Positions 19,415 through 30,379 are shown, counted from the first letter of the stretch. The stretch is DNA of 64,000 nt from Acidobacteriota bacterium (GCA_036759345.1 DAIOUV010000001.1:29097-93096), one strand, 5' to 3'. Notes: a model not told the origin generated them from the sequence alone. Translations and numbers: made by a program.

Positions 19415-20703
19415 GATGCGCGCGAGCCTAGCAGGTCGCCGTGGGCGACCACGGGCTCTCCCGCAACGAGCACGTCGGAGACCAGGTTGACGCCCCAGTG
19501 GTAGACGAGGTGCTCGAGAGAGGGCGCGTCGAGGAGGACCACGTCGGCGCGCTTGCCCGGTTCGAGCGTGCCGCGGGTCCCGGCTTCCCGGACCGACGCG
19601 GCGGCGTTCAGCGTCATCGCCGTCAGCGTCTCCTCCACCGTGAGACCCATGCCTAAGGACGCCAGGAAGGCCACAGCCGGCAACGACTCGGTGTATGAGG
19701 AGCCGGGATTGCAGTCCGTCCCGAGCGCCACGGCGACGCCAGCGGACACCATTTTCCGCGCGGGGGCGTAACGGTTCATCCGCAGGAACACGGACGTGCC
19801 CGGAAGGAGCGTCGCCACGACGCCCGCCCTCGCCATATCCTCGATGCCCTCGTCCGTCGCGTAGAGGAGGTGGTCCGCCGAAGCGGCTCCCATTCGCGCC
19901 GCGAGCGAGGCGCCGCCGAGCGGTGTGAGCTCGTCGGCGTGGACGCGCGGGACAAGGCCGAGGACCTTGCCGGCCTCGAGGATCGCGGCCGATTCCTCGA
20001 GCGAGAAGACGCCTTCCTCGCAGAAGACGTCGACGAACCGCGCGCCGAGCGCCGCCAGCGCGGGAAGGATCTCGGCCCGACACTCGTCCACGTAACGCTG
20101 TTTGAGGGCGGCGGACCCGCGCCGCTCGGGCGGCACTTCGTGCGCGGGGAGCGCCGTCGGCGCGACGCCGACCGGATGCCCCTTCGCGCCCGCGAGGAGC
20201 GCGCGCAGCTGCTTGCTTTCGTTCGGGAGGTCGAGCCCGTAGCCTGTCTTCGCCTCACAGAACGTGGTGCCCGCGCGGAGCATGCGGTCGAGCCGCTTCC
20301 GCACGTTCCGCGCGAGCGTCTCCTCCGAGGCGGCCCGCGTCGCGGCGACGGTCGCGACGATCCCGCCTCCCAACGCCGCGATGCCCGTGTAGGTCTCCCC
20401 TTTCAGACGCCGGTTGAACTCGTCCTCGCGGAAGCCGTCCCATGGCAGATGCGTGTGCGCATCGACGAATCCGGGAACGGCCGTCCTGCCCCTGCCATCG
20501 AGGACCGACTCCTCGCGCGCCGGGGCCTCGCCGTAAAGCCGGACGAATTCCGCGTCGGACCCCGCGAAGACGATCAGCCCGTCCTCGGCGAGGAGCGCGG
20601 CGTCCCGGATCCGGCGCAGGACGCCCTGGGCGGCGCCGGCGCGGGCCGAGGCGCCCTCCGGCGTCGCCAGCTCGGCGAGATGCCGGATGGACAGCCGCTT
20701 CAG
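19411..20703 (-). CDS. hutI: Imidazolonepropionase; start inferred as CTG at 20703
   Basis: PGFVDAHTHL metal motif, GGGIVATV, EAKTGYGL, DVFCEEG, HADEL, SADHL and GTDCNPGS. The conserved N-terminus lies upstream of the first ATG/GTG/TTG (20373). Confidence 0.92.
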   Translation of the reverse strand: MKRLSIRHLAELATPEGASARAGAAQGVLRRIRDAALLAEDGLIVFAGSDAEFVRLYGEAPAREESVLDGRGRTAVPGFVDAHTHLPWDGFREDEFNRRLKGETYTGIAALGGGIVATVAATRAASEETLARNVRKRLDRMLRAGTTFCEAKTGYGLDLPNESKQLRALLAGAKGHPVGVAPTALPAHEVPPERRGSAALKQRYVDECRAEILPALAALGARFVDVFCEEGVFSLEESAAILEAGKVLGLVPRVHADELTPLGGASLAARMGAASADHLLYATDEGIEDMARAGVVATLLPGTSVFLRMNRYAPARKMVSAGVAVALGTDCNPGSSYTESLPAVAFLASLGMGLTVEETLTAMTLNAAASVREAGTRGTLEPGKRADVVLLDAPSLEHLVYHWGVNLVSDVLVAGEPVVAHGDLLGSRAS

Positions 20704-21215
20704 GCCGTCTCTCCCTCGCGCTTCTTCGGGCGGTGAATCGAGAGGGAGCTGTCCATCTCGTCCTCTTCCTTGTCGAAGTTGAGGACCTGCTGGAACAGGT
20801 CGATCGTGCTCTGGAGCTTCAGCTGGAAGTTCCGGCGCTCCATCCGGAGCTCGCGGATCTTCTTCTCCGTTTCGGCCATCCGTTCGAAGCCCTGCTGCAC
20901 CATGCGCTCGGCCTTCGTCTCGGCCTCCTTCACGATGCGACTCGCGTCCTTTTCGCTCGTCTCGCGGAGACTGTCGGCCGAGCGCTGGGCGAGGAGAAGC
21001 GTCTCTTTGAGCGTGGCCTCCGTGTCGCGGTGACGGGCGTTCTCTTCCCTTAGCCGCGCGTTCTCGCGCTCCAGCTCGTCGAGCTCGCGGGACATCTCTT
21101 CGAGGTCCTCGGCAAAAGCATCGAGGAAGTTCGTCACTTCGGCCGGGTCGAAGCCGCGAAAGCGCTTCGGGAACTGCCTCTTACGGATCTCGAGCGCGCT
21201 TATGGAGGGTCTCAT
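20700..21215 (-). CDS. divIVA: DivIVA-domain protein
   Basis: ISALEIRKRQFPKRFRGFDPAEVTNFLD N-terminus followed by a coiled coil. Confidence 0.88.
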   Translation of the reverse strand: MRPSISALEIRKRQFPKRFRGFDPAEVTNFLDAFAEDLEEMSRELDELERENARLREENARHRDTEATLKETLLLAQRSADSLRETSEKDASRIVKEAETKAERMVQQGFERMAETEKKIRELRMERRNFQLKLQSTIDLFQQVLNFDKEEDEMDSSLSIHRPKKREGETA

Positions 21216-21245
21216 GCGCTTGATTATGAACCCTTTGGGCTCAAT

Positions 21246-21920
21246 TCAATGGACGCGAAAGTCGCGCCCCGTATCGACGACCGTGAAGCGCCGACGCCGA
21301 AACGGGTTCCGGAGGCGCGGGAAGCGCGGCCCGCCGCCGCGGACGCCGCGAACGAAGAGCCACGACACCGGCAGGCCCCCGAGGACGAAGAGGAGACGCG
21401 GGAGCGAGCGGCTGCCTTCCAGCTCGCTGAACACGACGAAGACAAGGGCGAGGATGGCAAAACCCAACCGCGTCATGGGAAAGACACCGAAGAGAGAAAG
21501 AGTCTGAGAAGGTCCCTCGAGCATCCACGCGAAGATCAGCGCGAGAAGTGCCGGCGCAAAACCCGCGCCTCCTCCGACGACGAGACCGAGGAGGCCTGCG
21601 ACGACCGTAGCGAGTCCGAGGAAGATCGTGAATCGGCGCGATCCCCAGCGCGGTTCGATTTCGCTGCCGAGGCTCCAGATCATCAAGAGAGTGAAGAGAA
21701 CTCCCGTAATCGAGCCGTTGACGAAGGCATAGGTGACGAGCCGCCAGATCTGCCAAACGAACTCGGCGCCCGACAACAGAGCGAGCCAGAATACCGCCGG
21801 CGGCCACGCGAGCGTCAGGACGTAGCCGGCCGCGACGAGGACGAGCAGCGCACGCGTCACGGGGGGAATGCGCCGCCAGCCGGGAGGGCCCGCCCACCGC
21901 AGCCTGTACGCCGGCCTCAT
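21246..21920 (-). CDS. Rhomboid-fold membrane protein lacking recognisable catalytic residues
   Basis: PPVTRALL and QIWRLVTYAF (WR motif), LGSEIEPRWGSRRF. The expected GxSG and H/N positions are not conserved. Confidence 0.65.
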   Translation of the reverse strand: MRPAYRLRWAGPPGWRRIPPVTRALLVLVAAGYVLTLAWPPAVFWLALLSGAEFVWQIWRLVTYAFVNGSITGVLFTLLMIWSLGSEIEPRWGSRRFTIFLGLATVVAGLLGLVVGGGAGFAPALLALIFAWMLEGPSQTLSLFGVFPMTRLGFAILALVFVVFSELEGSRSLPRLLFVLGGLPVSWLFVRGVRGGGPRFPRLRNPFRRRRFTVVDTGRDFRVH

Positions 21921-22621
21921 CGCGCGGAGGGTAGCACCGGGAGCCGCGCCCCGAAGATCGCGCTGCCGACGCGCACGAAGGTCGCGCCCTCTTCGACGGC
22001 CGCCTCGAAGTCGTCGCTCATGCCCATCGAGAGCTCCGAAAGGCCGAGCGTCTCGCCGAGTTTCCGGAGCGCCGCAAAGTGCGGACGCGTCTCTCCCGGC
22101 GGAGGAATCGTCATGAGTCCCCTGAGGTCGAGCGCGGGCAGCGCCCGGACGGTCTCCACGAGTGCGGCGGCGCCCGCCGGTTCAACGCCCGACTTCGTGG
22201 CTTCCCCCCCGAGGCGCACCTGGACGAACACGGCGAGGCGCTTTTCGGAGGCCGCCGCGGCGCGGTCGAGGCGCCGGGCGAGGTCCTCGGAGTCGACCGT
22301 CTCGACGACGGAGGCGACTTTCACGGCGCGACTCGCCTTGTTCGACTGGATCGGGCCGATGAGATGGCCAGTGGCATCGGGTGGCAGCCGCGGAAACTTC
22401 TCCTCCGCTTCCTGGACGCGGTTCTCGCCGAACGCGCGGGCCCCGGCCGCGTAGGCGAGGAGGAGGTCGGAGAGGGGATACGTCTTCCCCACCGCGACAA
22501 GCAGGACGCTCGCAGGCTCGCGCCCGCTGCGCGCCGCCGCGGCGGCGATCCGCCCCTTTACGTCGGCGAGGCGCGCGGCGATCTCCCCGGCACGTGTCAC
22601 CGTCGCGTCACCTTCGGACAT
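21917..22621 (-). CDS. yggS: PLP homeostasis protein YggS
   Basis: LVAVGKT, FGENRVQE, HLIGPIQSNK, KSGV, GLMTIPP, LSMGMSDDFE and VRVGSAIFG motifs. Confidence 0.95.
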   Translation of the reverse strand: MSEGDATVTRAGEIAARLADVKGRIAAAAARSGREPASVLLVAVGKTYPLSDLLLAYAAGARAFGENRVQEAEEKFPRLPPDATGHLIGPIQSNKASRAVKVASVVETVDSEDLARRLDRAAAASEKRLAVFVQVRLGGEATKSGVEPAGAAALVETVRALPALDLRGLMTIPPPGETRPHFAALRKLGETLGLSELSMGMSDDFEAAVEEGATFVRVGSAIFGARLPVLPSAR

Positions 22622-23015
22622 GCGCGGCGTCGAGTGCGCTGTTCGCGAGGGCGTCGGCCTCGTGATTTTCTTCGCGCGGCACGTGGACGACCCTGAGGCG
22701 CTCGATTCTGCGCGCTTTCAGGCGGGCCTCCGCGAGGAAGCCCGCGAGATGCGGTGCCTTCGTGCGGTACTCGCCGGAGAACTGCCGGAGGACGAGCTGG
22801 CTGTCGGCCCGGATCTCGACGTCCCGCGCGCCCGCTGCGAGAGCGAGGTCGAGGGCCGCGAGAAAACCGCGCCACTCGGCCACGTTGTTCGTGGTGGAAC
22901 CGAGCGTCTTCGCGTCCTTGAGCCCCACGGGCGACCACACGCCGTACGACGAAGGGCCGGGATTCCCGCGCGAAGCCCCGTCGAAATAGAGAACGAGCGT
23001 TCCCGCGCGCCTCAC
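22608..23015 (-). CDS. rnhA: Ribonuclease HI family
   Basis: YFDGASRGNPG, NNVAEW, ADSQLV and NHEADALAN motifs. The GTG start overlaps the upstream stop. Confidence 0.9.
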   Translation of the reverse strand: MRRAGTLVLYFDGASRGNPGPSSYGVWSPVGLKDAKTLGSTTNNVAEWRGFLAALDLALAAGARDVEIRADSQLVLRQFSGEYRTKAPHLAGFLAEARLKARRIERLRVVHVPREENHEADALANSALDAAHVRR

Positions 23016-23743
23016 GGAATCCAGTAGAGGATCCTCTTGCAGCTCTCGCAGAAGACCGTCTCCTTGGAGAGCCGGAGATCGGAGAGGAGCTGTGGGCGCA
23101 GGCGCACGTGACAGGCCGAACAGGCGGCCGTCTGCGGCCCCACCATGTCGATCCGGGTCACGGCCACCCCGGCCCTCTTGTTCCGGATCTGCTCGAACGT
23201 TTTCAGGAGGCGCGGTTCGAGCTCGGCCCTCAGCCTCTTCACCCGCTTGTTCGCCTCGGCGATCTCGGCGTCGAGGACGGCCTGCTCGGCCCGCCACTCC
23301 TTCATCTGCTCTTCATAGCCGGCCTCTTCGGCCGGGAACGCCTCGTCCCGTCGGTCCAGCTCCGTCGAGGAACCGGCCATCGTTTCGTCGAGGGCGAGGA
23401 GCTCGTCCTCGCGGGTTCTCACTTCGCGTTTGAGACCGTCGATCTCGTTCAGGAGCGCGCTGTATTCGCGGCTCGTTTTCACGGACTGCAACTGCTGCTG
23501 GTACTTCTTCAGGTGCTCGTTGAAATCCTGGATTTCGCCGTCGAGCTCTTTCTTGCGCTCCCCGACCTGCGACAGGACCGCCCCAGCGGCGTCGCGCTGC
23601 CGCCGGGCGTCGAGATAGGCGGCCTCGATATGAACGAGGTGGTCGGGCGTCTTGCCCCGGCGCTGGGTCTTCTGGTCGACCTCGAGAAGAACTTCCTGGA
23701 GAAGGAAAAGTCTGTCGAGCGGACTTGTCATCGTCACGCTCAC
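23012..23743 (-). CDS. Coiled-coil protein with C-terminal C4 zinc ribbon (zf-RING_7 family)
   Basis: Long coiled coil (KTSREYSALLNEI), then CSACHVRL...CESCKRILY. Confidence 0.88.
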   Translation of the reverse strand: MSVTMTSPLDRLFLLQEVLLEVDQKTQRRGKTPDHLVHIEAAYLDARRQRDAAGAVLSQVGERKKELDGEIQDFNEHLKKYQQQLQSVKTSREYSALLNEIDGLKREVRTREDELLALDETMAGSSTELDRRDEAFPAEEAGYEEQMKEWRAEQAVLDAEIAEANKRVKRLRAELEPRLLKTFEQIRNKRAGVAVTRIDMVGPQTAACSACHVRLRPQLLSDLRLSKETVFCESCKRILYWIP

Positions 23744-23782
23744 CTGGTCGTCCCGGTTTTCATTTTGAACCCCCTGAAAAGC

Positions 23783-23808
23783 AAAAACGGGCGCTATGCA
23801 GCGCCCGT
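23783..23808 (-). terminator. Rho-independent terminator downstream of rpoD-tRNA
   Basis: Minus strand ACGGGCGCT-GCAT-AGCGCCCGT followed by TTTT. Confidence 0.75.
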
Positions 23809-23912
23809 CTGGACGGAGCCCCGGCGCTCGAATGCGCTTAAGGGATCGGAAGTGTTTCTGCGCGCCCGGATGTCGAATCTCCCTCTTTCATTTCGCCATC
23901 GAAACCGTCCGG

Positions 23913-23985
23913 TGGGTCCGCCTGGATTCGAACCAGGGACCCGCCGGTTATGAGCCGGTGGCTCTGACCGCTGAGCTACGGACCC
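23913..23985 (-). tRNA. tRNA with CAT anticodon, most likely tRNA-Ile2 (lysidine-modified)
   Basis: GGGTCCG/CGGACCC acceptor stem, TAGCTCAG D-arm, CT-CAT-AA loop, GGTTCGAATCC T-arm. G1-C72 pairing argues against initiator tRNA. The 3' end reads ACCG, so CCA is not fully encoded. Confidence 0.93.
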
Positions 23986-24012
23986 TTACGGCCGAAGAAG
24001 GAATATAACACC

Positions 24013-25761
<1,749 letters not shown>

Positions 25762-25804
25762 CGACTTCTCGCTTCCCTACGCGTCCGGGAGTCCCCGGCG
25801 CGCT

Positions 25805-27640
25805 TCAAATTCGTCTCGCAGTTTCCGCTTTTAGTTCCGCTTTCAGTCGGCGGATCTCTTCGACCAAGTCTTGTTTCTTTCGTGTCGCCGGAAGGTCTCC
25901 GGTTGAGGAGGCATTCAGAATCTCCGGCTGGAGGTTTTCCGCGGTCTCCTCCAGAAGGCGTATCTTCAACTGCATCAATGGGATCTGGATGCGGCTGAGC
26001 CCCTCCGAGCCCTCCTTGACCGCGCCTTCCGCCCTCAGGCTGTCCTCTTTCGATAGAAGCTGAGCGGCGACAAGCCCCGCATCCGCCCCAAGATGGGTCG
26101 AAAGTGCCGAAAAATCAAGGGTTCCCGATTGAGACCCATACTCTCTAAGAGCAACAAGTATCTCCTTTGCAATCGGATGCGTAAAAAGCTCGATGTCAAT
26201 AACCTCGACTAGAGGAGCGAGCCTTCCTTCGCCAGATTTCGCGTTGACGAGGTCGTCCAGGAAAGCCGCCAGGACCTTCGCCTCTTGCCCCGGCAGCTCC
26301 TGTTGTGCCGCCACCGGTGTCTTTCTAACCGCTTGACCGGCCTGTTTCTTCCCTTCGGCCGCGGCCTCCCCTTTGGAAAGGACCGAAAGGGGAACGCCGG
26401 CTCCCCGCGCGAGGCCGGAAAGCAGCTCGTGACGGAGGACCGGATCCGGCGCCACGGTGAGGATGTCCACCGCCTCGCGCAGCTTCGCGGCACGCTCCGT
26501 CGGGTCCTGTCCGGCGGCCGCGGGGATCCGTACGAGGAGCGCCGGGAGGAGTGGCAACGCCCCCGCGATCGCTGCGCGCAAGGCTTCGGGACCGTGCGCC
26601 GCGAGATACGAGTCGGGGTCGTGTTCCTCGGGCAGCGCGAGATGCCGCACGTGAACTCCCCTAGCCAGGAGGAGCGGGAACGCCTTGTACGCTGCTGCGA
26701 CACCGGGCGCGTCGCCGTCATACGCCACGACGACCGTCGCGGCCTGCCGCGCGAGGAGGTCCACCTGGGCGGACGTGAGGGCCGTGCCCATCGAGGCAAC
26801 GGCGTTCGCGGCGCCCGCGCGCTCGCAGGCAATCCGGTCGAAGTAACCTTCGACGAGGAGGACCTCGTCTTCCCTCCGGATCGCCTCTTTCGCTCGGTCG
26901 AGGCCATAGAGAAGCTTTCCCTTCGAGAAACGTGCGGTTTCCGGCGAGTTGAGATACTTCGGCTGGTCGTCCCCGAACGCGCGCGCGCCGAAGCCCAGGA
27001 TCTCGCCGCGCCCGTCGCGGATCTCGATCGTCAGCCGGTTACGGAAGCGGTCGTACACGCGCCCCGTCTCCGGGTTCTTCTGAAGAAGTCCCGCCTCGAC
27101 CAGCGTGTCTTCCTGGACACGCGGCGCGAGCGAGGTCCTGAGGGCGTCCCAGGCATCGAGGGCCGCTCCGAAGCCGTAGGCGTGCCCTTCCTCCAGCGTG
27201 AGCCCCCGCTTCTCGAGGAACGCTCGCGCGGCCGGATGCCTGTCGAGACTCGCGCGGAAGAACGCCGCCGCGAGGCTGAGCGCCTCCGCCGCACGCGTCT
27301 CTTTTCCGCGATCCACGCGTGTGCCGCTCCGCCGCATAGGAAGCGTGACGCCCCCGAGCCGGGCGAGATACGCCACCGCGTCAGGAAACTCGAGGCGCTC
27401 GGTCTCGCGCACGAACGTGATCGCGTCACCCTTCGCCCCGCAGCCGAAACAGTAATAGAAACCCTTGTCGGGATGCACGTGGAACGACGCGCTCTTTTCG
27501 GTGTGGAACGGGCACAGGCCCTTCCACGAGCGGCCCGCTTTCTTGAGCGAGGTCGTGGCGCCGATCAGCTGGACGAGATCCGTGGCCGCGAGGACCTCGC
27601 GCTTGGCGTCGTCCGTGATGTCGTAGACGGGCTCAGACAT
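25805..27640 (-). CDS. dnaG: DNA primase
   Basis: CPFH..CFGC zinc finger, YDRFRNR, KYLNSPET, VEGYFD and YDGD..G toprim motifs. Confidence 0.96.
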   Translation of the reverse strand: MSEPVYDITDDAKREVLAATDLVQLIGATTSLKKAGRSWKGLCPFHTEKSASFHVHPDKGFYYCFGCGAKGDAITFVRETERLEFPDAVAYLARLGGVTLPMRRSGTRVDRGKETRAAEALSLAAAFFRASLDRHPAARAFLEKRGLTLEEGHAYGFGAALDAWDALRTSLAPRVQEDTLVEAGLLQKNPETGRVYDRFRNRLTIEIRDGRGEILGFGARAFGDDQPKYLNSPETARFSKGKLLYGLDRAKEAIRREDEVLLVEGYFDRIACERAGAANAVASMGTALTSAQVDLLARQAATVVVAYDGDAPGVAAAYKAFPLLLARGVHVRHLALPEEHDPDSYLAAHGPEALRAAIAGALPLLPALLVRIPAAAGQDPTERAAKLREAVDILTVAPDPVLRHELLSGLARGAGVPLSVLSKGEAAAEGKKQAGQAVRKTPVAAQQELPGQEAKVLAAFLDDLVNAKSGEGRLAPLVEVIDIELFTHPIAKEILVALREYGSQSGTLDFSALSTHLGADAGLVAAQLLSKEDSLRAEGAVKEGSEGLSRIQIPLMQLKIRLLEETAENLQPEILNASSTGDLPATRKKQDLVEEIRRLKAELKAETARRI

Positions 27641-30059
27641 CCAGCCTCGCGATCGTGACGGCCTGACCGCCCTCCTCTGCGTCGCCCCAGCGGTAGGACG
27701 CGATCCCGGGATGCGTCTTCAGGAACTCCCGCACCGCGGCCGCGAGGCGGCCCGTCCCGTGGCCGTGGACGAGGCGGAGCGCCGCCTTGCCGGAGAGAAG
27801 CGCGTCGTTGATGGCTTTCTCGACCACGGGAAGGGCATCGTCGACCCGCTGCCCGACGAGCACGACCTCAACAGTAGCCATCGTAGCCACGACTCCCGAC
27901 GAGGACGACGGGGAAGTCTGCGGCCGACTCGAAGCGGGGGCCAGGGTCTTGATCGGAATCGCACGGCCCGCCAGAGGAACAGATGAAGCAGGGGAGAGAG
28001 CCGCAAGCGATACCCTCACGCGCTTCCCCTTGACTTCGACGTCGGCCTCGCCGCGTCCCGCCGCGAGCGCGAGGAGCCGGCCCGTCGCGCCGAGGCCCGC
28101 GATGCGCACCTCCATGCCGACCGATACGGGCCCGGCCAGCGGGGGAGGCTCGTCGTCCCCGCCGAAGAGGCCCAGCGCGGCCTCGCGCGCCGACTGCGTG
28201 ACGGTCATCAGCGCGCCCCGCGAGACCCCGCGACCCGCCTTCAGGTCCTCGCGCATGCGCTCGAGCTCCTGCCGCGTCTTCTCGCGCAGCGTCGCGAGCG
28301 CCTTGTCAACTTGTTCCTTCGCCTTTTCCTTCACCTTCGCCCGCTCGGCGGCGAGCGCGGCGCGTTCCCTCTCGAGATCGAGGAGGCGGGCGGCGGACTT
28401 CTCCGCCGCCGCCTTCGCCTTGTCCGCTTCCTCGCGGGCGCGGCGCGTTTCGGTTTCGAGGCGCGTCAAGGCCGCGTCCGCGGCCTCCCACTTCTCGCCG
28501 AGCCGCTTCTTCGCGGAGGCGAGAACGCGCGCCGGCAGGCCCGCCTTCTCCGCGACCGCGAGCGCGCGCGATCGCCCGCTGGCGCCGGCCCGCACGCGGA
28601 ACGTGGGCCGGCCCGCCTTTTCATCGAACTCCATCGCCGCCGAGAGCACGTGAGGGCGGTCCTGCGCCCACTCCTTCACGGCGGAGAGGTGCGTCGTCGC
28701 GATAGTGACCCCGCCGCGCGCGAGATCCTCGTCCAGGACGGCGATCGCGAGCGCCGCTCCCTCGTCCGGATCGGTGCCGCTGCCGAGCTCGTCGAGGAGG
28801 ACGAGGCTCCGCGGCGTGGCTTCCGCAAGGACCCGAGCCGTGCGCGTCATGGCGGCCGCAAACGAAGAAAGGTCTCCGAGAAGGTCCTGCGCGTCGCCCG
28901 CGACGACGAGCACCTTGTCGAACACGGGAAGCGTGGAGCCCGGTCCGCACGGAATCGCGAAGCCCGACTGCGCGAGCAGCGCGAAGAGGCCGGCGGTCTT
29001 CATGGCGACGCTCTTGCCGCCCGCGTTCGGGCCCGAGAGGAGCAGGAGCCGCGAGCCCTCGGGCAATTCGAGGTCCAGGGGCACGGCGTCCGAATGACGT
29101 TCCTCGAGCTCTCCGAAGACGTCCGCCCGGAGATCGGCGAGGCGCCGGTCCAGAAGGGGATGGCGCGCGGCCCTGAGGACGAGCCGATTCGAGAAGTCGG
29201 GGAATACGCCCGCGACGCGCGACGAAAACTCCGCGCGCGCCTGGAACGCGTCGAGCTCCGTGAGCACCTCCACCGCGGCCACGAGGTCCCCGCGCCGCGC
29301 CGAAAAGCGGCCCGTCAGCGCCACGAGGATGCGGTGCACTTCCTCGCGCTCTTCTTCGACGGCTTCGGCGAGCGCGTTGTTGTCCTCGACGACGAGGAGC
29401 GGCTCGACGAAGACGGTCTGGCCCGAGCCCGACCGCTCGTGCAGGAGGCCGCCCACCTGGTCGCGCCGATCCGCGCGCACGGGCAGGCAGTAGCGGCCGC
29501 CCTTTTCCGTCACGTAGCCGCCCGACAGTGCGTCCGGATGCGTCCGCGCGACCTCCTCGAGCTTCCGGACGACTTCCTTCCTCAGCCGCTGGATCGACGA
29601 GCGGATCGCGTAGAGGCGCGCGGACGCCGTGTCCTTGACACGCCCGTCGGGCTCGAACGTGGGCTCGCGCTCTGCGAGCAGGTCTTCGAAGGACGCGAGA
29701 GGAAAGAGCAGGTCGGAAAGAGCGGTGAGCGGGAGGTCGGGAACCGGCACGGCGACGCGCGCGCCCTCCGCGCGCTCGACGAGGAGGAAGAGGTCGAGGA
29801 GATCCTCCGGCGGAAGCGCGCGCCCCTGCGGGCCGAGGCGTGAGACGAGGGGAGCCCCCTCGTCGAGCCCCCCGAGAGCGACCGGAGGGCGAAGCGCGCG
29901 GCGCGCGAGGAGATCCCGGGTGACGCCGAGGCGACGCACGACCTCGAACGTATCCGGCGAAGGCATGGCGCCATGGACCCGGTCCCGGCCGCGCTCCGTG
30001 GAACAAAAACGCCCGGCGAGCCGAAGCGCGCCGGGCCAGTCGAGTTCGGGATGACTCAC
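27633..30059 (-). CDS. mutS2: Endonuclease MutS2 with Smr domain
   Basis: SGQTVFVEP, GPNAGGKS, LLDELGSGTDP, TTHL and C-terminal HGHGTGRL. GTG start at 30059. Confidence 0.93.
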   Translation of the reverse strand: MSHPELDWPGALRLAGRFCSTERGRDRVHGAMPSPDTFEVVRRLGVTRDLLARRALRPPVALGGLDEGAPLVSRLGPQGRALPPEDLLDLFLLVERAEGARVAVPVPDLPLTALSDLLFPLASFEDLLAEREPTFEPDGRVKDTASARLYAIRSSIQRLRKEVVRKLEEVARTHPDALSGGYVTEKGGRYCLPVRADRRDQVGGLLHERSGSGQTVFVEPLLVVEDNNALAEAVEEEREEVHRILVALTGRFSARRGDLVAAVEVLTELDAFQARAEFSSRVAGVFPDFSNRLVLRAARHPLLDRRLADLRADVFGELEERHSDAVPLDLELPEGSRLLLLSGPNAGGKSVAMKTAGLFALLAQSGFAIPCGPGSTLPVFDKVLVVAGDAQDLLGDLSSFAAAMTRTARVLAEATPRSLVLLDELGSGTDPDEGAALAIAVLDEDLARGGVTIATTHLSAVKEWAQDRPHVLSAAMEFDEKAGRPTFRVRAGASGRSRALAVAEKAGLPARVLASAKKRLGEKWEAADAALTRLETETRRAREEADKAKAAAEKSAARLLDLERERAALAAERAKVKEKAKEQVDKALATLREKTRQELERMREDLKAGRGVSRGALMTVTQSAREAALGLFGGDDEPPPLAGPVSVGMEVRIAGLGATGRLLALAAGRGEADVEVKGKRVRVSLAALSPASSVPLAGRAIPIKTLAPASSRPQTSPSSSSGVVATMATVEVVLVGQRVDDALPVVEKAINDALLSGKAALRLVHGHGTGRLAAAVREFLKTHPGIASYRWGDAEEGGQAVTIARLDV

Positions 30060-30070
30060 GGAACGGGAAT

Positions 30071-30277
30071 CTACATCCCCGTGCGGCGCTCTTCCGCCAG
30101 CTTGCGGAGCATTTTCTTGCGGGCGGCGATGGCCTTGCGTTTCCGCTTGGTCGAGGGCTTCTCGTAGTGCTGACGCTTCTTGAGCTCGGAGAGGATTCCG
30201 GATTTCTCGCACTTGCGCTTGAAGCGGCGCAGGGCGTTCTCGAATGATTCGTCTTCCTTGACGTGGATCAGTGGCAC
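30071..30277 (-). CDS. rpsU: 30S ribosomal protein S21
   Basis: [33 protein letters not shown]. Confidence 0.97.
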   Translation of the reverse strand: MPLIHVKEDESFENALRRFKRKCEKSGILSELKKRQHYEKPSTKRKRKAIAARKKMLRKLAEERRTGM

Positions 30278-30350
30278 TTAAGATCTCCCTCCTCTCCGGC
30301 CCCGAGTGCCCCGAACCCTAAGAGGTTCAGAGGGCGCGGGCGAACCCCGC

Positions 30351-30379
30351 ATGCTAAAGCGGGTTCGCCCGGGCGTCAA
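30351..30379 (-). promoter_or_regulatory. sigma70-type promoter of the rpsU-mutS2-dnaG-rpoD operon
   Basis: TTGACG (30379-30374), 17-bp spacer, TAGCAT (30356-30351). Confidence 0.7.

Noticed and set aside
20373-21215. DivIVA-HutI fusion by -1 frameshift
   Set aside because: The HutI frame is open inside divIVA, but there is no slippery site or functional rationale. A coupled CUG start gives a normal-length HutI.
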